A stretch of 42,742 bases of DNA from Sulfurovum sp. Lineage in GTDB: Bacteria > Campylobacterota > Campylobacteria > Campylobacterales > Sulfurovaceae. The position numbers and the translations under genes are program-made. The notes under the pieces were generated by a model that made no database searches, had not been told where the DNA came from, and worked only from the letters and a program-made list of their open reading frames with translations. Of the stretch, positions 1-9,703 are shown piece after piece; the stretch's first letter is position 1; each line of letters starts with the position of its first letter. Where the stretch lies: positions 1 through 42,742 of the forward strand of contig SDAZ01000001.1 of the NCBI GenBank assembly GCA_006212005.1. The letters run 5' to 3'.

Positions 1-197
1 TCACTCCAACGATGGATGATATTTGCACCTGAGAGATTAATCACTATATCAGCATCTTCAAGGATAGATAAAAGTTTATTTTCATTTTTGTAAGTCTCAA
101 TTCCAATAGAACTTACACTAAAACCTTTTTTGATAAAATGATTTTTTAAGTGAGTGCCTATAAAACCACTCACTCCTGCTATGACTACGGTTTTCAT
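1..197 (-). CDS. NAD-dependent epimerase/dehydratase (TIGR01777/YfcH-like), N-terminal part only; runs off the window edge
   Basis: Not in the ORF track. Manual translation from ATG at 197: MKTVVIAGVSGFIGTHLKNHF...DADIVINLSGANIIHRWS, giving a GxxGxxG Rossmann motif and a VINLxG...RW motif. AAGGAG RBS upstream. Confidence 0.8.
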   Translation of the reverse strand, partial: MKTVVIAGVSGFIGTHLKNHFIKKGFSVSSIGIETYKNENKLLSILEDADIVINLSGANIIHRWS

Positions 198-265
198 ACT
201 GTTTATCTCCTTTTTGAGTTATTTTACCCATATTTGAAGATAATTCGTAGGTTATTTGTGTAATA

Positions 266-2314
266 TTAAATCGAAATCTCTTTTAAGTCAGCAAATTCTA
301 AAAAGGTTTTATAAATCGAAGCGATAGAGTTTAATCTATTTGTTCGCAATTTTTCATCTTCAACATTTACCATAATTTTTTCAAAATATTGCTCTAAAAT
401 ATTTTGAAGTCCAAAGAGTTCTTTAAGTTTAGTCTCATAACTATCAAAACTTTTTGAAATAATTTGTGTATAACGGTTATATAATACATTTTCAAGCTCA
501 TCTTTAAAGAGTTTTTCATCGACCTCTAATGCTTGTGAGATATCAACATCTTTTGAAATATTGGCTACTCGTTTAAAAGTTGCAAAGGCATTTGTAGCTC
601 CCTCTTGATGTAAAACACTATTTAGGGCATTTACCTTTTGACTCATTTTCAAGATATCTCGCTCACCACTACTGATAACCGATGCGATAATAGAGACATT
701 TGAACCAAAGCTTTTATAAATCCGCTCTAAGATAAAATCACTCAAGATTTTTGTCTCAAAAGGTGTATAATTTTTACTTAAAAGCGTTAATATCTCATTT
801 ATATCAAAATTTAAACTGTTTTCAATGACAATACGAATAATTCCATTGACAGCTCGTCGAAGTGCAAATGGGTCTTTTGAACCACTTGGAATCTTACCAA
901 CACTAAAAAGTCCCACTAAAGTATCAAGTTTGATTGAAAGTGCTACGATAGAGGAAAAGAGATTGCTTGGAAGTTCGCCACCCTCTTTTGTTGGTAGATA
1001 TTGCTCTTTTATAGCATTTGCCACCAAACTATCTTTACCCAAAGCCAATGAATAATAGTATCCCATCAACCCTTGTAACTCTGTAAACTCATAAACCATC
1101 TCACTCATCAAATCGGCTTTAGCACTCATCGAAGCTTCATGTATAAGTGTGAGTATCTCATCTTCTTGTTTGTCGGTTTGCACTTGTAGTTGAGGCATAT
1201 ATTTTTGAGCGAGTAGAGTAGCAATATTTGATTCTCTTACCACTTTATCTTTCAAACTCCCCAATCCATCCATAAAGGTAATCTTTTCAAGACCATCAAT
1301 ACGAAGACCACGAGTTAAATCGTTACGATAAAAAAACAAAGCATCACTAAGTCGTGGTTTTAAAACTCTCTCATTTCCAGTGATGATAAAACTAAAATCT
1401 TTTGTTACAGCATTACTCACCACGATAAATTTATTAGAAAGTTTACCTTTCTCAAATACAGGGAAATAGCGTTGATTTTCTTTCATAGAAGTGATGATAA
1501 CTTCAGGTGGCAACTCTAAAAATAGCTTATCAAATGAACCCAAAAGGGCCGTCGGATACTCTGTAATCGCTACAACTTCAGCCAAAAGCTCATCATCCAT
1601 CTCAATAGAGATATCATGATTTTTTTCAATCATCTCAAACTCTTTTAAAATTTTTTCTTCTCTAGCTTTTGGATTTAAGATGACATTTCCATTTTTGAGT
1701 ATCTGCTCATATTGAGTTGAAGAGGTAACTTCTATCGGTTCAAAATCTCTCATTCGATGAATATAAGTATAAGTTGAACTTTGAACACCATAAAGATTGA
1801 GGGCGATATTTTCATCATTTAACCTTGCTTGAATCCAATGAATAGGGCGGATAAACTCCTCTTTTCTAGTTCCCCATCGCATCATTTTACCAAAATTCAT
1901 GGACTCTAGCCACGCTTTTATCATAGATTGTAAAAGATTTTTAGTCTCTTCTCCCTCTTCTTGTTTACAAAAATATAAAACTTCTTTACCACCCTTAGTT
2001 GAGACACCAAGCTCTTCAAAAGCAACTCCACATTTTTTAGCAAATCCCAATCCTGCCCCAGTTGCAACTCCATCTTTTAGACTTGCCATCACAGGAGGAC
2101 CAAAAAGTTCAGTTTGAGAAGAACTTTGAACAAGCGCTATATTTTTATGAGATAAAACCAATCTTCGAGGGGTATAGTAAAAATCAAAATCGCAACTAAG
2201 TCTATATTTTTTTAAAATTTTCTCCCATGAACTTTGAATATCTTCAATAATATTGAGTAAAGGTATGGCAGGTAACTCTTCCGTTCCGATTTCGATTAAT
2301 AGTGTGTTGTTCAT
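266..2314 (-). CDS. glyS: Glycine--tRNA ligase beta subunit
   Basis: N-terminal LLIEIGTEELP, plus TPRRL, MRWG...FIRPI and GSKDPFALRR motifs. Likely start is ATG 2314 (MNNTLL) with AGGA upstream; the ORF track starts at 2341. Confidence 0.96.
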   Translation of the reverse strand: MNNTLLIEIGTEELPAIPLLNIIEDIQSSWEKILKKYRLSCDFDFYYTPRRLVLSHKNIALVQSSSQTELFGPPVMASLKDGVATGAGLGFAKKCGVAFEELGVSTKGGKEVLYFCKQEEGEETKNLLQSMIKAWLESMNFGKMMRWGTRKEEFIRPIHWIQARLNDENIALNLYGVQSSTYTYIHRMRDFEPIEVTSSTQYEQILKNGNVILNPKAREEKILKEFEMIEKNHDISIEMDDELLAEVVAITEYPTALLGSFDKLFLELPPEVIITSMKENQRYFPVFEKGKLSNKFIVVSNAVTKDFSFIITGNERVLKPRLSDALFFYRNDLTRGLRIDGLEKITFMDGLGSLKDKVVRESNIATLLAQKYMPQLQVQTDKQEDEILTLIHEASMSAKADLMSEMVYEFTELQGLMGYYYSLALGKDSLVANAIKEQYLPTKEGGELPSNLFSSIVALSIKLDTLVGLFSVGKIPSGSKDPFALRRAVNGIIRIVIENSLNFDINEILTLLSKNYTPFETKILSDFILERIYKSFGSNVSIIASVISSGERDILKMSQKVNALNSVLHQEGATNAFATFKRVANISKDVDISQALEVDEKLFKDELENVLYNRYTQIISKSFDSYETKLKELFGLQNILEQYFEKIMVNVEDEKLRTNRLNSIASIYKTFLEFADLKEISI

Positions 2315-2414
2315 TTGATGTCCTAAAAATTTTATAGGCAAAAATTTTATCTAAATATTGATAAATAGGTCATTAACTCTATCTCTTTGTAAAGTTTGAT
2401 TTAGAAAAATAAGT

Positions 2415-2420
2415 TATAAT
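2415..2420 (+). promoter_or_regulatory. Putative sigma70 -10 box (TATAAT) for the moaD-moaE-moeA operon
   Basis: TATAAT in the divergent intergenic region, ~35 nt upstream of moaD, with an AAGGA RBS downstream. Confidence 0.45.
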
Positions 2421-2453
2421 AAAATATTATGATAAAAAATAAGGAAATAGTGA

Positions 2454-2675
2454 GTGATAAAAGTTGAATTTTTAGGGCCAATTGGGAAAGACCCCATTTA
2501 TGTAGAGGCTTCAACGCTTAGAGAGATTGCATCAAAACTCAATGATGATGAGAGCATTGCACAATGGTTAAGTTCATCAGCAGTTGCGGTTAATGATAGA
2601 TTGGTTAAGGATTTGGATATCGTTTTAAATGATGGTGATAGAGTCTCTATCTTGCCACCTGTTTGTGGAGGGTGA
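2454..2675 (+). CDS. moaD: Molybdopterin synthase sulfur carrier subunit (MoaD/ThiS family)
   Basis: 73-aa ubiquitin-like size, AVAVN motif, C-terminal LPPVCGG di-glycine, adjacent to moaE. Confidence 0.93.
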   Translation: MIKVEFLGPIGKDPIYVEASTLREIASKLNDDESIAQWLSSSAVAVNDRLVKDLDIVLNDGDRVSILPPVCGG

Positions 2676-2678
2676 AAG

Positions 2679-3122
2679 ATGAAGATTTATAATGGTTCTT
2701 TGGAAGTTGAAGCGATTTTTAATCAATGGTACAATGAAGAAAAAGAGAGTAATTATGGAGCGAATGTCTCTTTTGTAGGCGTTGTGAGAGCTGAAGATGA
2801 GATTGAGGCGTTGAGTTTTGATATTTATGAGCCTATACTTTTCGAGTGGTTCAATCAATGGCAAGAAAAAGCAAAGCAATTGGGTGCAAAAATCAAAATG
2901 GCTCACTCTTTAGGAGATGTTAAGGTGCATACTTCATCTTTTATGTGTGCGATATTTTCACCAAAAAGAAGAGTGGCATTGGAACTTATAGATGTGTTTG
3001 TTGAAGATTTTAAGGCAAATGCACCGATTTGGAAATATGATATCATCGGTGGTAAAAGAGTTTATGCACAAGAGCGAAGCACTCCTATGAGTGGGGCTGG
3101 AATTTTGAAAGGTCTTTTATAA
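2679..3122 (+). CDS. moaE: Molybdopterin synthase catalytic subunit
   Basis: GANVSFVGVVR, HSLG and FKANAPIWKYD motifs; operon context. Confidence 0.93.
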   Translation: MKIYNGSLEVEAIFNQWYNEEKESNYGANVSFVGVVRAEDEIEALSFDIYEPILFEWFNQWQEKAKQLGAKIKMAHSLGDVKVHTSSFMCAIFSPKRRVALELIDVFVEDFKANAPIWKYDIIGGKRVYAQERSTPMSGAGILKGLL

Positions 3123-4324
3123 TGGCGTTTATCTCATTTGATGAATCGATGAAGATTTTAAACTCACTTCAATTTAATAACCACAATACCCATAAACGCT
3201 ATTTGCTTGATTGTTTGGGATTTGTCTTGGCAAAAGATATACACGCTTTTGAAAACTCTCCAGCTTATGAGACTTCAGCGATGGATGGTTATGCTTTCAA
3301 GCATAAAGATATTTCTCTTGAAAAACTTTATATCAAAGCCATCAATCCAGCAGGAAAACTTATCGATGAGTGCGTAAATGATGGTGAGTGTATCAAAACT
3401 TTTACAGGTTCGCTTATGCCTAAAGGTGCCGATACGCTCATACCCATAGAGTTGGTGAGTGTAGAGGATAATCATATAATTATCAATCAAAGCGTCAAAA
3501 AAGGTTTTAGCGTTCGAGCTGTGGGTGAGATTTATAAAAAAGATGAGAAACTTATCGCTAAAGGAGAGAGGGTTGATTTTGCACAGATTGGTGTGATGGC
3601 AGGGTTAAATATCGTAACACCAACAGTTTATACAAAACCTAAAGTTTCTATCCTTTCAACAGGAAGTGAACTTTTGGAGTTGGGTGAAGAGCAAACTTCG
3701 ATTTCGCAAATCCGTAGCACAAATAACTATATTTTAGAGGCATTGATTTGTAAATATGGTGGTGAACCTTTAGCTCATGGCGTGGTTGGTGATGATAAAA
3801 ATGCTATTTTAGAGGCTTTCAAAAAGGCTCTGCATCAAAGTGACATCATCGTTAGTACTGGTGGGGTGAGTGTTGGTGATTTTGATTTTGTTAAAGATGT
3901 GGTGCATGAGTTGGGATTTGAAGTGCTTTTTAAAGGGGTAAATATCAAACCCGGTCAACATATCATGGTGGCACGGATGGAGGATAAATTTATCGTGGCA
4001 CTTGCTGGGTTTGCTTACTCTGCTACTCTTACCGCTCTTTTGTATCTTGTACCACTCATGGCAAAATTTCAACATTTTGAGTATAGTTTCAATATTGTCG
4101 AAGCCACTTTAAAATCTCCTTTTAAAAAGAAGAGTAAAAAAACAGAGTTTTGGGCATGTGATTATCGACAAATAGAGGGCAGATTTGAGGTCAATTTTAA
4201 CTCTAAAAAAGAGGGTAGTAGTGCGATTTTGACCAATATGTTGGGCGATACGGCTATCTTTATCAGCGAAGAAAATGATGGAGATAGAGATATCGGCGAT
4301 GTGGTGAAGATAATGTTGTTGTAG
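3122..4324 (+). CDS. moeA: Molybdopterin molybdotransferase (MoeA/gephyrin-like)
   Basis: SAMDGYA, TGSLMPKGAD, STGSEL, STGGVSVGDFD and IKPG motifs. Confidence 0.95.
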   Translation: MAFISFDESMKILNSLQFNNHNTHKRYLLDCLGFVLAKDIHAFENSPAYETSAMDGYAFKHKDISLEKLYIKAINPAGKLIDECVNDGECIKTFTGSLMPKGADTLIPIELVSVEDNHIIINQSVKKGFSVRAVGEIYKKDEKLIAKGERVDFAQIGVMAGLNIVTPTVYTKPKVSILSTGSELLELGEEQTSISQIRSTNNYILEALICKYGGEPLAHGVVGDDKNAILEAFKKALHQSDIIVSTGGVSVGDFDFVKDVVHELGFEVLFKGVNIKPGQHIMVARMEDKFIVALAGFAYSATLTALLYLVPLMAKFQHFEYSFNIVEATLKSPFKKKSKKTEFWACDYRQIEGRFEVNFNSKKEGSSAILTNMLGDTAIFISEENDGDRDIGDVVKIMLL

Positions 4325-4338
4325 TTAAAACGCTATGT

Positions 4339-4360
4339 GGTGCAATAAATTGCACCCTAC
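4339..4360 (-). repeat. GTAG-type REP-like palindrome, copy 1
   Basis: Minus strand reads GTAG-GGTGCAAT-TT-ATTGCACC; a closely related copy lies at 37987-38008. Confidence 0.65.
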
Positions 4361-4407
4361 ACGCAAGTGAAAATAAGATACAATAAAACCAAAAAAAGGA
4401 GTAAAAA

Positions 4408-4701
4408 ATGGAATTAGAAGTAACATGGAGTAGAGTTATAAGGGTTTGGTGGTCTTATATATGGCGTAATCTCATTGCCATCATTGTTTCTATGATAATT
4501 GGCGGTATTGTAGGTGGTATTATTGGTGTTGTCATGGGTTCTTTTGGAGCATCAGAAGAGGATATAAAAATGATTGCTGGTATTGCAGGTGCTATTATAG
4601 GACTTATGATATCGATTGTGCCTATGAAAATGATATTAGGAATGAATTTTGGAGAATTTCGCTTGGTGCTTCTGAGTAATGAAAATAAAAAAGATATATA
4701 A
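4408..4701 (+). CDS. Small hypothetical membrane protein with two Gly-rich TM helices
   Basis: AAGGAG RBS; hydrophobic GGIVGGIIG and AGIAGAIIG segments. Confidence 0.75.
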   Translation: MELEVTWSRVIRVWWSYIWRNLIAIIVSMIIGGIVGGIIGVVMGSFGASEEDIKMIAGIAGAIIGLMISIVPMKMILGMNFGEFRLVLLSNENKKDI

Positions 4702-4820
4702 ATATGCTAAAAGACAAAAGCACAAATCAAAAATGAATCCTTAACCACAAATCATTAAACCTATTTCTCCACACAAAGATGTTAAACTTCCAAAAAAATT
4801 TAACACTATGGAGTTTATTG

Positions 4821-5339
4821 ATGAAATATATTTTAGCCACACTTTTACTGATTGGTTCTCTTGAAGCGGGGGTTGTTTTACCGTCAAATTTTAGTAGTTC
4901 ATTTACGCAGACCATCACAACCGAAAAAGGCAAAGTGATACGATACGGTGGAAGTGTAGCTTTCAAAGACCAAAGACTTTTTAAATGGAACTATACATCG
5001 CCAACAAAAAAAGAGGTTTGTACCAATGGAGTTGAGATTTTGGTGATAGACCACGATTTGGAGCAAGTATCAAATTATATGGTAGATGATGGGGTAAATC
5101 TTGAAAAAATCATGTCAAAAGCAAAGCTTATAAAAGGAAATGAGTATAAAGCCGTTTACAAAAACAACGCTTATATGATAACGCTTGATGGTTCGGCTAA
5201 ACTCCAAAAAGTTTCTTATAAAGATAGTTTGGACAATAAAGTGAGTATCATTTTTAGCAATGTGGCTTATGACCAACCAAATTTCAACCAAAACACTTTA
5301 AAATGCAATGCACCAAAAGGTTACGATAGAGTCAAGTAA
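4821..5339 (+). CDS. lolA: Outer-membrane lipoprotein chaperone LolA-like protein
   Basis: Signal peptide MKYILATLLLIGSLEA, FTQT, FKWNYTSP and IDHDLEQV motifs. Start re-assigned to ATG 4821, which has GGAG upstream; the ORF track starts at 4779. Confidence 0.85.
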   Translation: MKYILATLLLIGSLEAGVVLPSNFSSSFTQTITTEKGKVIRYGGSVAFKDQRLFKWNYTSPTKKEVCTNGVEILVIDHDLEQVSNYMVDDGVNLEKIMSKAKLIKGNEYKAVYKNNAYMITLDGSAKLQKVSYKDSLDNKVSIIFSNVAYDQPNFNQNTLKCNAPKGYDRVK

Positions 5340-5394
5340 ATGAGATAAAAAATATGTTAAAATTCGCTCCAATATTTTTAGAGAGAAGTTTTAA

Positions 5395-6990
5395 ATGATA
5401 AGTACGGTAAATATAGTTCAAAGATACGGCAAGAGGGTTCTTTTTGATAAGATTAGTATCTCTCTTGACCAAGGTAAAAGATATGGGTTGATTGGTGCAA
5501 ATGGGGCAGGGAAATCAACTTTTTTAAAGATTATGTCAGGCGAATTAGAGCCAACTGATGGAGAGATTCAGATTCAATCAGGTGCTAGATTAGGAGTTTT
5601 GAGTCAAAATCAATTTGCATTTGAGGATTTTACACTTCGAGATGCTGTTTTATATGGCAATAAAAAACTCTACGACGCACAAAAAGAGAAAGAGAAGCTC
5701 TACATGGAGGGTGACTTTGAAGATGATGCCGTGAACAATCGATTGGGTGAGCTAGAGATGATTTGTGCGGATGAAGACCCAACTTATGAGAGTGATGTTA
5801 AGATAGAAAAACTTTTGGAGTCGTTAGGTTTTCCAGCTTCACAACATGATGAGTTGATGAGTTCACTTACTGGTGGAGATAAGTTTAAAATCCTTTTGGC
5901 TCAAGTTTTATTTTTGAAACCTGATATTTTACTTCTTGATGAGCCTACCAATAACCTCGATATCAATGCTATCTCATGGCTTGAAAATGAGTTGAAACGA
6001 CATGAGGGCGTTTTGGTTATCATTTCTCACGATAGACACTTTATCAACAATGTTGTAACGCATATCTTAGATTTGGATTTTGCTACGATTCGCCAATTTA
6101 CAGGAAACTATGATGATTGGTATATTGCGGCAAACTTGATAGCAAAACAAGCTGAAACAGATAGAAGCAAGGCGTTGAAAGAGAAAGATGATTTGGAAAA
6201 ATTTATCGCACGATTTTCTGCAAATGCTTCGAAAGCAAAACAAGCTACAAGCCGACAAAAACAGCTTGATAAGCTCGAGATTGGTGAGATTAAGACTTCT
6301 TCACGAAGAGACCCTTCTATCGTATTTAAGCCAAATCGTGAGATAGGAAATGAGTTACTTGAAGTTCATCATCTTGCAAAAAGTTATGATGGTAAAAGTG
6401 TTTTTAGTGATATTAGTTTTAAAGTTGAAAAAGGCAATAAAATCGCTCTTATCGGTGGAAATGGTGTTGGTAAAACAACGCTTTTAAATATCTTGATGGA
6501 AGAGATAAAACCAGATAGCGGGATTTTAAAATGGGGTCAAACGGTAAGTGTGAGTTATTTCCCTCAAAATACAACCGATTTGGTCAAAGGTGATAATAAA
6601 CTGTACGATTGGATTCAAGCACATGACCCAAAATGGCACATTGATGAGATAAGAAAGTGTCTTGGTAGAATGCTTTTTACAGGTGAAGAGCAGATAAAAG
6701 TGGTTGATAGTTGTTCAGGGGGTGAAAAACACCGTATGATGCTAAGTAAGATGATGATGGATAGTGCGAACTTTTTGGTACTTGATGAGCCAAATAACCA
6801 TCTTGACCTTGAAGCTATTATCGCTTTGGGTGAGGCTTTATATGATTATCAAGGTGGCGTTATCTGTGTGACACATGACCGTGAACTTATCGATGCGTTT
6901 GCAAATCGTATTATTAAGATACTTTCAGATGGTTCGATTATCGACTTTGAGGGTAATTATGAAGCTTTTGTTGAAACTTATGGAGAGTAG
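5395..6990 (+). CDS. ABC-F family ribosome-associated ATPase (YbiT-like)
   Basis: Two ABC domains (GANGAGKST/LLLDEPTN and GGNGVGKTT/LVLDEPNN), an inter-domain linker, no TM segments, and a QNQFAFE motif. Confidence 0.92.
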   Translation: MISTVNIVQRYGKRVLFDKISISLDQGKRYGLIGANGAGKSTFLKIMSGELEPTDGEIQIQSGARLGVLSQNQFAFEDFTLRDAVLYGNKKLYDAQKEKEKLYMEGDFEDDAVNNRLGELEMICADEDPTYESDVKIEKLLESLGFPASQHDELMSSLTGGDKFKILLAQVLFLKPDILLLDEPTNNLDINAISWLENELKRHEGVLVIISHDRHFINNVVTHILDLDFATIRQFTGNYDDWYIAANLIAKQAETDRSKALKEKDDLEKFIARFSANASKAKQATSRQKQLDKLEIGEIKTSSRRDPSIVFKPNREIGNELLEVHHLAKSYDGKSVFSDISFKVEKGNKIALIGGNGVGKTTLLNILMEEIKPDSGILKWGQTVSVSYFPQNTTDLVKGDNKLYDWIQAHDPKWHIDEIRKCLGRMLFTGEEQIKVVDSCSGGEKHRMMLSKMMMDSANFLVLDEPNNHLDLEAIIALGEALYDYQGGVICVTHDRELIDAFANRIIKILSDGSIIDFEGNYEAFVETYGE

Positions 6991-7605
6991 ATGAAAAAAG
7001 ACCTTTTCGCACACAAATTTAAAGAGTGGGATAGTAGCTCAAAGCGAGTTGCTACGGCAAAAGAGATTGCAACGGCGATTATAGATAATGTTGAGATGAA
7101 ACAGAGTGATTCGATTGCTGATTTTGGAGCAGGAACTGGACTTTTAGGGTTTTTACTTTCACATAAGATGGCAAAACTTACAGCGATTGATAACTCACCA
7201 TCTATGATAGAAGTGTTTCGGCAAAAAGCAAGTGAAGTGAATGTAGAGATTGCAGTGATTGAGGGAGATATCGAAGATGAAAATCTTCAAATCAATGATA
7301 AATTTAACGGTATCATCTCTTCTATGAGTATGCACCATGTTAAAGATATCACTCAAACCCTCAAACGCTTTTACGATATGCTTGAAGTTGATGGGTATAT
7401 CGCACTTGCTGATTTGAAAACTGAAGATGGAACTTTTCATGAGGACAATGATGGTGTTTGGCACTTTGGATTTGATACTGATAAATTTAAAAAAATAGCT
7501 CTTGAAGTTGGATTTGATGATGTAAAAATTATCGATGCAACTACTATCCAAAAAGAGGGTAAAGAGGCATTTGAGGTTTTCTTGATTGTTGGATATAAAA
7601 GATAG
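6991..7605 (+). CDS. Class I SAM-dependent methyltransferase
   Basis: IADFGAGTG motif I, AIDNSPSM and SSMSMHHV. Confidence 0.9.
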   Translation: MKKDLFAHKFKEWDSSSKRVATAKEIATAIIDNVEMKQSDSIADFGAGTGLLGFLLSHKMAKLTAIDNSPSMIEVFRQKASEVNVEIAVIEGDIEDENLQINDKFNGIISSMSMHHVKDITQTLKRFYDMLEVDGYIALADLKTEDGTFHEDNDGVWHFGFDTDKFKKIALEVGFDDVKIIDATTIQKEGKEAFEVFLIVGYKR

Positions 7606-7612
7606 ATAGGAG

Positions 7613-8497
7613 ATGAACGATATCAATCGAGGCGTTCTTTTTATGCTCATGGCATCGTTCTTTTTTGCCATCATGGGTGGGTTTGCTAAGGCTTTAACCA
7701 CCTCTCTTCCTGCAATTGAGATTGTTTTTTTTAGAAATGTTTTTGGCTTTATAGCTATCCTTTATATGATTTATAAAACTCCATTGGTTCAAAATGGAGG
7801 TAAGCCATTGCTTCTTCTATTTCGTGGTATGATGGGATTTTTTGCCCTTTTAGCCTACTTTTACATCTTCGAATTTATCCCTTTGGGTGAAGCGATGACT
7901 TATAATAAATTATCTTCTCTCTTTGTCGCTTTTTTTGCTTTTATCTTTTTTAAAGAAAAACTCTCTCCTATGGCTATCTTTGCTCTCTTCTTGGGATTTT
8001 TTGGAGTTATCTTATTTGCAAAACCTTTTGGTGGTGTTTTTGACTCATATGATATTTTAGGGATATTCTCTGGTGTTGGTGCAGCACTTGCTTATACTTC
8101 TATAAGAGAACTTCGAAACTACTACGAAACTCGTTCCATCGTTTTATCCTTTATGGCAGTTGGGACGATTATGCCTATGATTTTTATGTTACTAGCTCCT
8201 TACATTGACGACAAAAACATGAAGATAATGTTTTCAGAGTTTGTCATGCCTTCCAATATAGATTTTGTATATATCTTACTGATGAGTCTCTTTGCCACAT
8301 TTTCGCAATTTATGATGACCAAAGCCTATGAGATATCCAAAGCTGGAATTGTTTCGGCGGTGAGTTATAGTGGTATATTTTTTTCGACTGTTGTTGGAAT
8401 CGTTGTTTTTGGCGATAGTATGCCCGATTTTATCACTTCTGTTGGTATTATTTTGATTATTGTAGCTGGAGTTATGGTTACTTTTGAGAAGAAGTAA
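7613..8497 (+). CDS. DMT/EamA family transporter
   Basis: About 10 hydrophobic segments in 294 aa; EIVFFR and FKEKL motifs. Confidence 0.88.
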   Translation: MNDINRGVLFMLMASFFFAIMGGFAKALTTSLPAIEIVFFRNVFGFIAILYMIYKTPLVQNGGKPLLLLFRGMMGFFALLAYFYIFEFIPLGEAMTYNKLSSLFVAFFAFIFFKEKLSPMAIFALFLGFFGVILFAKPFGGVFDSYDILGIFSGVGAALAYTSIRELRNYYETRSIVLSFMAVGTIMPMIFMLLAPYIDDKNMKIMFSEFVMPSNIDFVYILLMSLFATFSQFMMTKAYEISKAGIVSAVSYSGIFFSTVVGIVVFGDSMPDFITSVGIILIIVAGVMVTFEKK

Positions 8498-8524
8498 GAT
8501 TTATTTTTACAAATAAGGATTTAA

Positions 8525-9703
8525 ATGTTTAAGAAGAAAGTTTTTATTTATATCGTTATATTTACAAGTTTAGGATTTTGTGGGTACTATCTTTATCAAA
8601 ATTATTTTAACGCTTCAGATAAAATGCCAAAATACATCACGCAAAAAGCATCTCTTGAAGATATCGAAGATACGGTAACAGCATCAGGGATTCTTGAGCC
8701 TAAAGAGTCGGTGGAGGTTGGTGCGCAAGTTTCTGGACAGATTATAGATATCTATGTTGAGGTGGGTGATGAGGTTGAAGAGGGGCAACTTTTGGCTAAA
8801 ATAGATGCGAAAGTTTATGAGGCAAAAGTGGATGCTCTCAAAGCTCAACTCAAAGCTCAACAGTATCAGTTAGAGGATAAAGAGTCGCAAATGATACTTG
8901 CTAAACTCAATTTTGAAAGACTCGAACGACTTTATAAACAAAATGCTACCAGTTTGGAGAGTGTTCAAAATGGCGAACAAGCTTATAAAACAAGCCAAAG
9001 TGCATTTGAAGCGTTAAAAGCACAAATAGAGCAAAATGAATCAACCCTTAAAGCAGAACAAACAAATTTGGAGTATGCAACGATTTACGCTCCTATGAGT
9101 GGTACGGTGGTTTCTATAAAAGCAAAAAAAGGGCAAACTATCAATGCAAACCAACAAACACCTACCATTCTAACGATTGCAAATCTCTCTACAATGACCA
9201 TAAGAGCTGATGTTTCGGAGTTTGATATCACAAGTTTGAGTGAAGGAATGAGTCTTTATTTTAAAACGATGGGAAGTGAACAGAAGTGGTATAGTAAACT
9301 CGATAAGATAGAGCCTACCCCAAAGATTACCAATAATGTGGTTTTGTATAATGCACTCTTTGATACGCAAAATCTCAATAAAAAGCTTATGATATCGATG
9401 ACGGCTCAAGTTTTTTTTATACGAGCAGAGCAAAAAAATGCCTTAAGTATTCCGATATCAGCACTTGAATTTCAAAAAGATAAAACCATGGCAAAGCTCA
9501 AAGTACTTTTAAAAGATGGTAAAGTCTCAGAGCGAGTGGTCAAAGTTGGGATAAAAAATCGTATCGTTGCTCAAATCTTATCTGGACTTAAAGTCGGAGA
9601 AGAGGTGATAACAGCAAATATGGAAGTAGAGAAAGGTTCAAAGAGGAAATCGCAAAATAATGGGATTGGGCAATCTTCAGGTATGCCACCCAAAGGTTTT
9701 TGA
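8525..9703 (+). CDS. macA: Periplasmic adaptor/membrane fusion protein (MacA-like)
   Basis: N-terminal [13 protein letters not shown], coiled-coil hairpin, IYAPMSGTV and [11 protein letters not shown] motifs; adjacent to macB. Confidence 0.85.
   Translation: MFKKKVFIYIVIFTSLGFCGYYLYQNYFNASDKMPKYITQKASLEDIEDTVTASGILEPKESVEVGAQVSGQIIDIYVEVGDEVEEGQLLAKIDAKVYEAKVDALKAQLKAQQYQLEDKESQMILAKLNFERLERLYKQNATSLESVQNGEQAYKTSQSAFEALKAQIEQNESTLKAEQTNLEYATIYAPMSGTVVSIKAKKGQTINANQQTPTILTIANLSTMTIRADVSEFDITSLSEGMSLYFKTMGSEQKWYSKLDKIEPTPKITNNVVLYNALFDTQNLNKKLMISMTAQVFFIRAEQKNALSIPISALEFQKDKTMAKLKVLLKDGKVSERVVKVGIKNRIVAQILSGLKVGEEVITANMEVEKGSKRKSQNNGIGQSSGMPPKGF

Noticed and set aside
6991-7605. Methyltransferase as the cognate of the Mrr-like nuclease (R-M system)
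   Set aside because: It is a small-molecule-type class I MTase with no DPPY/NPPY or PC motif, and lies over 5 kb away
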